64,000 nucleotides of DNA, from the NCBI GenBank assembly GCA_009103225.1, contig RHPI01000008.1:124001-188000 (forward strand). The letters run 5' to 3'. This stretch comes from Chlorokybus atmophyticus (Eukaryota; Plantae; Mesostigma and Chlorokybus algae). Position numbers and translations under genes: made by a program. This document shows positions 40,380-52,777 of the stretch, in pieces (position 1 is the stretch's first letter; every line of letters starts with the position of its first letter). The notes below the pieces were generated by a model, which saw only the letters and a program-made list of their open reading frames with translations, did not search any database and was not told the origin of the DNA.

Positions 40380-43150
40380 ATCATGCAGGCATTCAGCAAT
40401 TTCAAACCGTTGTCTTACGCGAAAATAAGTCACTTGTATGGTAAATAAAGAGACTTGTGCTTTGTAATAATAAGTAAACGATATAATGTTATTACGGTTG
40501 TAATCATACAATATTATAGGGTATTATCTAAACTATCAATCCTACTCTCAGATTGTGCGTTGGTATGCGTTGCCATACTTACCCGCTTATATATTTTTGT
40601 ATAAAAGGACCATATTTGATTTATGGTCGTTAAAAATTGTTATGTTACGATATTCATGTTGCTTTGAATAGCGGGTCAAAGTTTTTGTAGAACTCAATGG
40701 CTGATCGGATGATTACAATAGTACACATTATTGTTACAAAGTATGTCTTGTACCATAAGTGGATACGCACATATGCGACACACGTATACCATAATAAAAA
40801 CCGTTTATATGGTTGTAAAAAGTATACAGAGCGTTTGTAATAATTGTAACATATGTTATAATACCGTGCGTATGAACTGTACTTGCATGAGTACGAGTGG
40901 TATAATAGCCCTTTATGGGCATATCGCAGTTTTTTTAATTTTCGCTAAGGGGGCCTCTATTTATGTAAACATACCATAACTGCTGATCCAGCAAACGCAA
41001 TAGCATTGCCATCACACCCGTAGTCTCCTCCCTCCCCCCTTTATATGTTAAAAAGGGAATAAAGAATCAAGACAAAGTACAGTTTATTACCAATGCACAT
41101 TACTTGTTGCAAGTGATTTTCGATTTGGGTATGCTAAATAACTTGTGATTATACCGAACACGAGCGTATGTCATGCTATATATGTGGATTGAAACCACGT
41201 AATTATATTATATAATAATCATATCTAGATTGCGTCCATGCATTAGCTGAATATATAACGTACAGGAATTGTATTCTGTGTCATTTCACCAATTCAAAGC
41301 ATGTAGGCACCTCTGCCACCAGCTTGGTACGCTGGTAGGTATTACGTTCACAAGTATGCAAGTGCACGCTTTACATGTGTCACAATAGTGTCAGACATTG
41401 AGTTTGCATTATTAATCATCAAGTCATCCATATCTAGCTAACTACAACTTTTACACTGTTTTTAATGATGAGCTGATCATAATTGGGCAAAATTATTGCT
41501 TGTAATAATGGCATATTAAACATATAAATAAACTTGGATTGAACAAGTTGACTACGTGATTTATTGCCCATTAGTATGCCATGATAATGAGTGGTACCTT
41601 CATTGTATAAGATTGTACCATAAAAACGCAGTTATAAATACTGTTATGATCAGCATTGTTGCAAGCTCAATGGTGCTCTCATATTTAAAAATGCACGGCT
41701 TAAAGTAGTGTTATATCCTTAGTACTGCCATAGCCACAACTGTTCCATGCGCATGCACGCATGCATCTATTATTGCATTTTCAGTATGAAAGACGTTAAT
41801 ATTATTTCATACCATTGAAGTAGTACTTTCATTATTATTTTATAATGTCAAGCACACCTACACTATTGTGTTTCTTATGACTGATATTGCTTAATTTGTA
41901 TCGCATGTCAAACGGCATGCAATTGAAGAGCATTCCATAATTTATGGGATGTTATAAGACAATATGTTACAACATATCATATGCTTTTGAATAATGCGAA
42001 AGGATGCGCACATGCATATTGCATCGAATTGGAAGTGACGTGACATTTTTGTACATGCTATTTCATAATAGCTTTACCAGAAGCCTGTACCAAGATAAGG
42101 TACAAAGTTATAAACAACGTGCGCGTAAGGGTTTGGGTCAACTCCCGCTTGATATGCTTGTGATTGCTACATGCTTGCCGCTGCCTTATCATTAAACCAT
42201 GCATGTGCGGACTACTTGTGATGCTGCTGCTGCCGTTGTTCGTTGCATGTGTGCTGGCATGTTGTCGAATATGCGCATTGCACATATGATCTGTGCTCGT
42301 TTAGCATATGTGCATGCGTACCGCGGACTACTGACCTACTTATGTAGTCATCTAGCCATGCCTGTGTGCGAGCTATTGATGCTGCTTTGCTCTTGCCATT
42401 GTTCGTTGCACGTGTGCGTTATGCGCGCTACATGCATGAGGGAATCAGCAGCCACAGTCTCATTGCCCGCTTTTTACATTGACCAACTATGGCGCTGTAA
42501 ATACAGATTGGTCTTGTCGTTGCTGTAGTGGGTGAGTGGAAAGACTTTACACCACCCTGTAAGTGTGTTAGCTCGCAACGGGTTTGCCAGCCCGTTGCTT
42601 GCTTGCTTGCTGTGTTTACTTGCTGATGCCGTATGTATTGCCATGCTACTTTGCCTTAACCATGACTAACGTGCCATGATCACACACGTATGCATGTAAT
42701 GCGCATGGGATGTCTCAAGAACTGCATCTTTTCGATTTGCTGCTCTTTTAGCACATGTGCACGCGTATTTACTTGGATGGAGCCCCCCTTTCTTTTCGAA
42801 AGCCCCACGCCCCTATTAAGAAAGCATAAAGTTTATTGCAATGCATACATCAAATGTGAACGAGGGAGGCCTATCAATAGGGGAGCTTCTCTTTTTATGA
42901 ATACGGTACAACGCAATAAGTATTTGTTTTCATATCTTACCACGAACCTCAAATGCCCATATAAATAATATCATAAAGGTGTAGTGCATGCGGACATAAA
43001 TTTACGCATTACATCTCAAAAGCCTTGATGTTGTTATTATGTAGCAATATTGTTGAAAGCTTGAATTCATGAAGGATTGTATAGCATCACCTGCAATCAT
43101 ACCTATTATGTGGTATTGCTTTATGTGGCGTTGATCTTATGTTGCTAGAT
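40380..43150. other. AT-rich, TpA/TpG/CpA-rich non-coding island (probable decayed element)
   Basis: Composition differs visibly from the flanks. No credible ORF. Similar patches at about 36308-36900 and 51400-51760. Confidence 0.5.
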
Positions 43151-43427
43151 TCAAGATTGCATGGAATATTCTGCATTGTTGCCACTTTTACTGCAACAAC
43201 TTTAACAGTTGTGCCCGTGACCTCCTCCCCCTCCCCCCCTCTCCTTCCCCCCTCCTATTCTCCAATTGTTTGGGGGGGGGGGGGGGGGNATTCAAGATTG
43301 CATGGAATATTCTGCATTGTTGCCACTTTTACTGCAACAACTTTAACAGTTGTGCCCGTGACCTCCTCCCCCTCCCCCCCTCTCCTTCCCCCCTCCTATT
43401 CTCCAATTGTTTGGGGGGGGGGGGGGG
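43149..43427. repeat. About 140-bp exact tandem duplication separated by one N (likely assembly overlap)
   Basis: 43149-43288 repeats at 43290-43427; N at 43289. Confidence 0.85.
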
Positions 43428-44138
43428 AGGAGGCATGTTGGCAAACATAACACCCCTCGTGAACAAAAGCGCAATGTGCAAACCAATGCAACATTTGCCA
43501 AGCAAGTGCGGAATTGGTTGTATGTTAATACGATGCAATGATAGTGGCCTGCAGATGCACTTTCTAGCTCGTGTCCTAGTGTACCGTGTCCTGATACTGT
43601 CTTTGCCTACGAACCAGCCAACCTGACATACCTCAGCAAATCATTGTGTGATACTACGTGAAAGTTGCTACACTGCGATCTTAACTTAATGGTCTGGTTG
43701 ATGGCCTCACTGTCATTACGACCACATGCAAGTTGTGCATGTCTACACAATCTCTGCAGTTTCCTGTCAACACAGCACTCCAAGCAAGAGACCAAACCCA
43801 ACCTTTTTGCATTTATTTGGCTGTGCTATGTCAAGATGTGCATTGCGCGTTGTTCTAGGGCATTGGTGCATGTGCAAACCCTCAGGCGTTTTCCACTCTC
43901 ATTACAATGGTGCACGCGACAAGTTGACTGAGCTGGTTAATGAGGCTGCTGAGGCTTGACAGAAGCTGTCACCAGTTGGATTGGCAGTCAAAGAGCACTG
44001 CAAATAACACATGGCAACATTGATACAAGTAGGACTGAGTTGAGGAATACAGCAAACCTGTACTGTACTCAAATGATGGCCAGGTACACATGCCCCACAA
44101 GGGCATGGTCCCGCAACATCGCGACAATATAGCCCCGC

Positions 44139-45388
44139 CTACAGACGGCGACCACGGCGACCACCCTTTCTGCGTGTGCTGTCGGTGGGGATAGGCGTGA
44201 CATCCTCTGTGCATACCAGAACAGACAATCAGTGCCTGCTGATGAACCTCCTGAGCTGCATGCCTTAACAACAACAAAACGAAACACACTCACCAATGCG
44301 ACCAACTTTCATCCCTGAGCGAGCAAGCGCGCGAAGCGCAGACTGGGCACCAGGCCCAGGAGTCTTGGTCTTGTTGCCACCGGTTGCGCGCAACTTGATG
44401 TGCAGGGCTGTAATGCCAATTTCCTGCAGGGCCAACAGTTTTGAGCAAACGCAGCTACACTTCAGGGCCCCTGCGCATGATTTGCTCAAGTTAGACCTCA
44501 GGTTTTCAACAAAATCAGTACCTTGCACTTCTGGGCGACATCCTGGGCAGCAAGCATAGCCGCATAGGGAGAAGCCTCATCGCGATCAGCCTTGACCTTC
44601 ATGCCACCTAGAATTTCGCGAGGAGCAGTCAGTAGAGACCACTGCACTAGTGAAGAAGTATAACTTGCTCACTAAGAATGCTACACAGACTGCACGGACT
44701 ATTCTGTGCCGACCTGCTTGCTGCGGTATAGCAGGCATATAACAACTCACCGGTCACGCGAGAAATGGTTTCCTTGCCAGAAAGATCCGTCACGTGCTGC
44801 AAGTGTGCTTACAGTGAGCACAAACTGGACACAAACGACGAATGTCGCCAACGTCTGTCTGCAACTCAACTGGCACTTACCACGAAGGTGTCGTTGAACG
44901 AGGCGAAGATGTGTGCAACGCCAAAGACATGCTCGCCCTCACGGACGGTGGGCCCGAGAGTGACATTGTCCTCCTTGGGCTCGCGCACCTTTCCCTTCTT
45001 CGACTGAGACACAACAAACAACCCGATGTCGGCGGTTTGAGGAGTTTTTCCCAAAGTAATGCATCAATCGCGTAGAACCATGAAGTGCGGTGCAATGGAC
45101 ACTACCGTAGCTGGCGACCATGCTACGTAACCCTACAAGCATGCTGCACCACACTACGGCTCAAGAGAAATTTGCTACATGGTGATAATCTAACCAATAC
45201 AAAAACGTAAGCAGCACAACAGTTGAAGCACTAAACCCTACCAACCACGCACTCCACATGCCAACCTCAAAGCCCGAGCCAATGCTTCAGTAGCAGCGGC
45301 AGCCAGGCCCAAGTCCCAGCCCTTGGAACAGACACAGCCACCAGGCCAGCGAACCACCATCCTAAGCACAACCGCAAGCACTCACCAT
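44139..45388 (-). CDS. RPS14: 40S ribosomal protein S14 (uS11)
   Basis: ATG|intron, [33 protein letters not shown]|[96 protein letters not shown]. Confidence 0.97.
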
Positions 45389-45473
45389 TTTAGAGGCGTA
45401 GTCCTTCGCGTCCCCGGCCTCGTCGACCTCCTCCTCCTCGACGGCGGCGGCGGCGGCGGCAGCGGCCGGGCGC

Positions 45474-45481
45474 TAGGGTTT
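45474..45481. promoter_or_regulatory. Telo-box (AAACCCTA) in the RPS14 5' region
   Basis: TAGGGTTT on + strand. A second copy lies at 45233-45240 in intron 1. Confidence 0.5.
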
Positions 45482-46051
45482 CGCCGCCGCAGGCAAAAGG
45501 ACCAAACAATGCCGGCGGCGCGAGGGTTTGGCTCTGCGCCGGGGAAGGATGCCCGCCCGCAACTATCCTGTGGCAGTTCGCAGTGCGCGTTGCTGATCGG
45601 GGTCTAAAACGAGCGGGAAAGAGGGTTGGATATGGATTTGGTCGACCAGGGTTGGTGAACCCGGGTCCAGTCATGTGACTTGCTTTTTCGCTTTTTTGAT
45701 ATTCTCTTTCAGTGCTTTGCCCAGTCAATGCGGCTTATTGCGTTCGCTGACCAGGCCGCGCAAAGAATCAGACCAGGCCAGGCCAGGCCAAGCTAGGCTA
45801 GGCCAGGCCAGGCCATACACCAGGCTGGGGTCAGGCCACACCAGGGGAGAAATAGGCCTTTTTACAGGGCTAAAGGTCGCTGGCGCAGAGAGATGGGATA
45901 AGCCTACGTAGCATCACCAGAGCCTGTGTGGTGTGAGGAAAAGATGGTCAGGCGTTACGCAGTGTTGTAGTGGTGGTAGTGTGACTGCCAACATTATCCG
46001 CAATTGTAGTGTGTATCATATAGCACTAGATATCGAACCTGCAGGCGTGTG

Positions 46052-48236
46052 ATGCCTCGCATTGCGCCATGGGAGCCTCCGGAGGTGAGTTGGATTGAGG
46101 AGATGATGTCTCACACACTTGTTGAGGGGTTGCGGTGATGGCAAATGTCTTTCACTACCACCTTCAACAAGGGACTCGCCTTACGGTTGACTAAGCGATG
46201 ATGATGACGCACAAGACAACGTTTGATCTGAAGAAACGCACTTGTGTTGGTGCAACAAAAAGGAAATTGTTGTTGGTTGGACACGTAACACCCGTTGCAA
46301 CAACAGCCGCATGTGATATAGCAGTGGCTGTGTGTGGAGGTCTGCCTATGTGCGCAAGCGTAGTGACATACAACAACAATTTGAGGTTGTGGATGTTGTT
46401 GTTGTGTCGCAGGGATGGACGCTGCCGCCGACGCCCAAGTACATGAAGTCGCGACGACCGATCTTCTGCTGGCTCTTCACACTGGCGTGCTGCGGCTGCT
46501 TCATCATGGAGTTCGGAGTCGCTGGATGGCAAATTGAATCTGCCGCTGCCAACCCTATGCTCGGTATGCGCGATCCCATGCACTCGCATAAGCATACACG
46601 CACGCGCGCATCACACGCACTCACGTGCATGTATGCACACACGCGCACAAGCATGCAACCACACACGCGCGCGTGTACACATGTACGTGCACGCACACAT
46701 GCAAGCAGGCACGCACCCAGGCACGCCAATGCACGCGCTAAGGCAAGCACGCATGCGGCTGTATGTAGTACAACACGTGTTGCTCAAATCAAATCAACAC
46801 ATCAGGGCCTGCGATATCATCACTTGTGAAGGCTGGTGCCAAGTACACGCCGCTCATTGTAGAGAAGAAACAAGTCTGGAGACTGGTAAGTGTATGTAGG
46901 CTGGACTGTGTCAGGTGTGACTTGTGTATGCGAGCGAGTTTGAGTAACAGTACATATGTGAGTATGCGCCTGCACGAAAATGGTTGTTACCATAAAACCG
47001 TTTGTGTACCTGCGGCAGATGACTTGCGTGTTTCTGCACACTGGCATCATACACATCGTTCTGAATCTGCTGCTGCTGCACCGCTTCGGCACGCCCTTTG
47101 AACAAGACCACGGAGGTGAGAGAGAGAGTGGTTTATGGAGACACACGCATGTGTGACCGTGAGCACACCAAGATATAAAAACCTTGCACACATGCACACG
47201 CATGGCGATTTAGCGCATCACTGATGCTACCTCATGTGCAGTGTACAGGACAGGTGCTATACTGTTGGTTTCTGGGGCGTGTGCGTCGCTGTCATCGGCA
47301 CTATTCTTGCCCCAGCAAGTGACTGTCGGGGCCTCGGGAGCGCTCTTCGGGATGATTGGTAAGCAAAAGTTGATAACCAGCTTCATGATAGTAGCCACAT
47401 ATGCTGTGCAGTATATGCGCATGAACTTCTGATGGTCCGCTTGCAGGGGCCTTTTGGGGGGAGCTCATTCACAACTACGATAGGGTGCCCGACAAGTTGA
47501 AGCAGTCGATCATGCTCGCAATTGCCACGCTGATGAATCTCATCATCGGCTTGCTGCCGGTACGCTTGTGATTACTGGCACTGTGTACTGTCCTTGACAA
47601 GAGCTTAACGTAGATTCACACGCACACTAACTTCCATGAACTGTCCAACAGGGCATGGACAACTTTGCGCATGTCGGCGGCCTACTTGCTGGCATTCTCA
47701 TGGGCATGGTTGTGCTCGTGCGAAGAAGGTGGGTGGATATGCTTATTGCAAGAGACAACAAGCACCAAGCCATGGGTCTGGTTGACAGAAACTTGACACA
47801 ACAACTTGTGTGGTTGGTTTGCAGGAGGTCTGTGCGGTACCAGTGGGGTGTGGTTTTGGGGTGTGCGGGAGTATTGTTGCTTTTCTTTATTGTTGGCTTG
47901 GCGCTGTTGTTCTATCAGGTGAGTGATCCACACACATCTGCAGTGCACCCTTCTTGGATGCAAACTGTGTGCATGGGTGAAGATACTGCAGGTACGTTCT
48001 AATGTACACGAACCCCATTCATGATCAGGTGAATGTAAATGGTTGGTGCACCCCGTGTCGGTACATCGGTTGCGTGCCCACTCCCTGGTGGAAATGCAGT
48101 TATGATCAAGGTGAGAGCTCATATCGATCAGTGATGAATTGAGTCTTAAACAGTTGCGACAGTGTACAAACACATTGAACTCACAACCTTCTGCACTCGT
48201 AGGGAAGGAGAGCCCTCCACCACCCAGCATCAATAG
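46052..48236 (+). CDS. Rhomboid-like intramembrane serine protease, plant RBL type (3' end uncertain)
   Basis: NPMLG|PAISSLVKAGAK..QVWRL|..FLHTGIIH, catalytic VGASGALFG and NFAHVGG, C-terminal WCTPCRYIGCVPTPWWKC. Confidence 0.88.
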
Positions 48237-48685
48237 CTCGGGCAGTGCATCATCGGCACTTAGCAGTAATGATACTTCTGCTGACATACATCATAGACTG
48301 TGCTACTTGTAAGTTGCATTATCCTTAGAGCATATGCGCTCATGGTGGTGTGGCACAATTGTGGCACAGTTGTCTATATCTAGTGGCCGATACTGGTGCA
48401 TTGCTGGTATCCAGTGCGGCGCCATGCCCCCATCCTCATGACCATATCCACAGAGCAACTTTTGTGTTGAAGGCGGTGATGAAACCCTTGAAGCAACGTG
48501 AGGACACGAGATACGTATGGCTTGGCTAACTTTGTTAACGCCTTACGGCACACTTGTCACAAGCTGACCATGAAGCTTATGTTACACATTGCTGGCATAC
48601 CGCTGACTTGTTTGCAAGCAGCAATGTGCGCACACATCTGTTGGGCTTATATTGCAAGCATAATTACAGAGTTGTTTATTGCTAG

Positions 48686-50457
48686 TCATCTCACACTATT
48701 ACTTCTCGCGCGCTGCTCTTGTTGTTGCTGCTGCTGTTGGTGGCCGTTGAAGCCTTCCAGCAGGTCCACATACTCGCCGGGTGGCCGACCCGGGATATCG
48801 GAGGTGACTCTGAACACCTCAGGATGACGCCGCAGCAGCGTCGCCAGCTTGCCCCACGGCCAGCGCCGCTGCTGTTCGGGACCGCCAGTAGACTGCTCTT
48901 CGGAATGATGCAGCTGCAAAGCGATGCATTTTGCTCTGTGACTCAAGTCCGGGTATCTGTCAATTAGCTGCAGACAAACAGCGCACGTAAGCCGTCAATA
49001 ACTCGCATTTGTGTTACTAAATTCGAGTTTCATGCACAACAGTCTGTGCCTCTGATATATGTGCGCGCATGCCCGCACACACGCGCGCACGTGCGCGCAC
49101 GCATCTGTGTGCTGCCTGCATGTCAGCATGTTACACAATGGACACCGCATACCTTGCGTCCAATGTCGCTGACCAACACATACTGTCCTGGCGGCTCTCG
49201 CGCCGCGAGCACGTCGCGAACAACGGACACAATCTCCAGCTCTACCTCTGGCTGTGCATCCTGTGTAGCTGAAGGGTACGACGGTCGTGCTTTGGATGCG
49301 GAAGAATGCCGCACCCTTTCGGTAGAGGCGGGCTTGCTCTTGCCGGGGCGCGGTGCGGATGTGGACTTGCGAGGCGCCTCGTGATCCACATCAGAGTGAC
49401 TACTATCCAACAGAGTGTCATCTCTTGTTACATGTGTAGCAGTACAGTCACAACCACTTGTGACTGTATGCAAGGTGCAATAGGCTTACTCTGCAGGATG
49501 CGCAGGAGCAGGGGTTTCCGGCTCCTCCAGCTTTCGTTTCTTTGGCCCTCGCTTCCGCACAGCTGAGCCGCTTTGCGGTCTTTCAATGGGCAGCAGAAAA
49601 TAGAAACTCTGATCTCCGATCTCAATCAAATCCTGCAGCACGTGGTTGCATGCATGATTGAATAATCATGCATGAAAGTGAAATGCGGGCATGTTAACAG
49701 GCGACACCCACACATGAACTCACAAGTGCCTACCTGACTCTGCAACTTCACTATGCTGCCAACAGCGTGGATATTGCCTGACACGCGCACACCGTTTTTA
49801 CCAAGAACTTCAAGCTCAAAACGCCCCTGCGACCACACATTTGTAAAATGGGACAAGCAACAGGGCACAGCTGCAATTGTTGTGTTCAGTAGAAGCCACT
49901 GCATGCCCAGCCAAGCTTAGAGGCTGCGAAGAGTCACATCACAACCGCTATGAACATTGACGCTGTCCCACACGCCACACAATGTGAAGCTTGCACAATA
50001 TCTTGCTTGTAAGGACGACCGAAAGATGTCTGCTGTAGTCCACTGGCTGGTGAGATGACAACCGACAACCCAACTACGACCACTCACCTGCAACCTTGCA
50101 TACAGTGGCAGAATGCATACAAAATGCAATGACTTGTACAACGATAGTGGAAACACAACCAAAACATAACTTAGTAAATGAGGTTCTGGCATGCAATTAG
50201 TAAACAAGAGACTTGTGTACCTTCTCAAAGTTATATACAATCTTCGCATGCTGTCTTGATATGTTCATGCCTTGACCAAGGTCAACGTCAACTAAGTTAC
50301 TCTTGGAATGCCTCCCGACGATGGCTCCATACTTTCTCAAGAAAATCTCTCTGTCTGCAAAGACGAGCTTAGCAAACCCTGCACGGGGCTCGTCTGAAAG
50401 GCTTCCCCCTCCTGCCCCATTGTGTTCTGTCCCATTTGCGTTGCCGTTGACGGCCAT
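48686..50457 (-). CDS. FHA2: FHA-domain protein, plant FHA1/FHA2 type
   Basis: AGFAKL..VGRHSKSNLVDVDLGQGMNISRQHAKIVYNFEK|GRFELEVLGKNGVRV..KLQSQ|DLIEIGDQSFYFLLP, plus a plant-type C-terminus PWGKLATLLRRHPEVF..EYVDLL. Confidence 0.85.
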
Positions 50458-52777
50458 GTGTGTTCCTCCACTTTCAACCACCTTGGCTATCTCATTACAA
50501 ACTACGCACACGCACTTCCCACAGGCCTTCAGTAACCTCTAAGTTGGCTCCACAGTGGCTCCACTTCAACACACAGCAAGTTGCCTAATAAGCAGACCCA
50601 ACTGCGACATGGAGCACTAGAGAGAGCACAGCAAATACACGCCTGGCCGCAGAAGAATTTAAACTATGCAAGACGAAACCACAAGCGCCCACCGTCCCGC
50701 TCCCGCCAACCCCGCCGCTACCTTTGCCGCCGCCGCCTCCCTGCGGAACCCTAATTTGCTGCCAGCTGGCGCAGGTTGCTTAGCCGTTTGGCTCACAACC
50801 GTCAATCCCGTCAGCTCAACTCCGTCCAGTAACTGAACTCTAGGCAAACAACGGGTTACTTAACGGGACGCATTTCAGCTTGACCATGGGTACAAATCTC
50901 CTGTTAACCCCAGCTGGTTACCACCGGCATGCGTCACATAAACGTTGTGACACCAAACCGCTTGGTCAGATTTATTAACACTGAGTTGCTTAACTGACTG
51001 AGGGCCTGCATTGAACGGCAATCTGCAATGCACCGCGGCGGCTTACACAGCTGGCACTCTAGGTCATGCCAGCTGTCAGTGTGGCAGTTGCACTGCCAAG
51101 CTTTCGACGATCTGTCAAGTCTGCGTTTCCCGAGTTCAACATTTCCCGTTCAACCAATCAATTAGCAGTCAATGTCAACCCTGAATCGGCAACCATCAGA
51201 GTGTGCATGAAGCCTCCTGCTTCACCACGATGTTAATGGGCTCGAATTCAAAAAATGCATGCCACTCTGCTTCACAACATGTAAACTGCACAAACGCTAT
51301 GCAACAATGCATCATTGATGATATTAATTGGTTGCTGTGGTTTGAGACGACGTCGCATTGCAACTTTCAATGCCACAGGGCAGCCTTTGCTTCAGAAGTT
51401 TTCAGCTAGATTTCTATTTTTAAAACAGTGATGATAAAGTGCCTTGGTTTTTAACGTACAATTTGTTTATTAACGGCAGATCGTTGCACTGGTTGTTATT
51501 TGACCCCTTGACCGCACGCGTTCATGAGCTTTGCAATGTGTTTGGGTAATTGTCTGTATGACACCGTGAGCATTGATAAGTTAAGTACATATATAAATAA
51601 GCAACAACATAAACGTATTATTATATTTCATTTCATGACACCCCCTTACTTATTTATTCAAAGCCTTCACCTATGCAAAGAGTGGGGATTCAATTTAGAG
51701 TCCATATATATCAAAGTAACTGTTGCGCCAGATAGAGCCCTTAAGGCAAAAAAGGATGGAAGGGGGGGGGGGGGGGGGGNNNNNNNNNNNNNNNNNNNNN
51801 NNNNNNNNNNNNNNNNNNNNNNNNNNNNNNNNNNNNNNNNNNNNNNNNNNNNNNNNNNNNNNNNNNNNNNNNNNNNNNNNNNNNNNNNNNNNNNNNNNNN
51901 NNNNNNNNNNNNNNNNNNNNNNNNNNNNNNNNNNNNNNNNNNNNNNNNNNNNNNNNNNNNNNNNNNNNNNNNNNNNNNNNNNNNNNNNNNNNNNNNNNNN
52001 NNNNNNNNNNNNNNNNNNNNNNNNNNNNNNNNNNNNNNNNNNNNNNNNNNNNNNNNNNNNNNNNNNNNNNNNNNNNNNNNNNNNNNNNNNNNNNNNNNNN
52101 NNNNNNNNNNNNNNNNNNNNNNNNNNNNNNNNNNNNNNNNNNNNNNNNNNNNNNNNNNNNNNNNNNNNNNNNNGGGGGGGGGGTATATTACAAGAAACGT
52201 CGTTAAACCAACATGAGGCTTTTTTGTGTAATGGGTCACTTAGCACCACCTGAACAAACGCCGTGCCTCATCTGCAAGTATACACCTATGCAGCAATTGC
52301 CAAACAGGGCCAGTGTTGTATGCCTTCTTTTTGATGGAGGCTGCGTCCAATACGAGCGCTACCGCATCCCCAACTCTACAGTACTATCAGCTTACAGGGA
52401 ACCATCATCGCCTACCGACTTGAAAAATGATTTGACACACAAACACAACACGACTTACTAACAGACTATTTTACTCCCCCACCCCACCCCTAAAACTACC
52501 CGCCCACCCACCACCACGCACGTGCCGCACATTACACTGCTATGGAAACGGGCAGCACACCATGCACTCATCGCAATGCACAAGGCCAGCATGCATTGCG
52601 ACCAAGGACATACCAAAAAATATTATCCAGAATTCCCACTTACGCGCACAACGAGACAAACAACACTTTCAATGTTGGAGTGGTAACCAACAGCGTGTCA
52701 AGATACTGACATAATATAAATAACCAACTGTTGATAAGTCACGCACGCCACAACCAGTAGCTATCCCTATACCAAAA

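Noticed and set aside
40947-42790. Degenerate 25-bp inverted repeat (19/25) as possible TIRs around the AT-rich island
   Set aside because: A match of this quality is roughly expected by chance in a few kb of biased sequence, and there is no TSD.
43149-43427. Exact 140-bp tandem duplication
   Set aside because: The copies are separated by a single N at a poly-G run, the signature of unmerged overlapping contig ends.
47682-48287. 201-aa minus-strand ORF overlapping the rhomboid gene
   Set aside because: No family motif, and the FHA gene already terminates at 48686.
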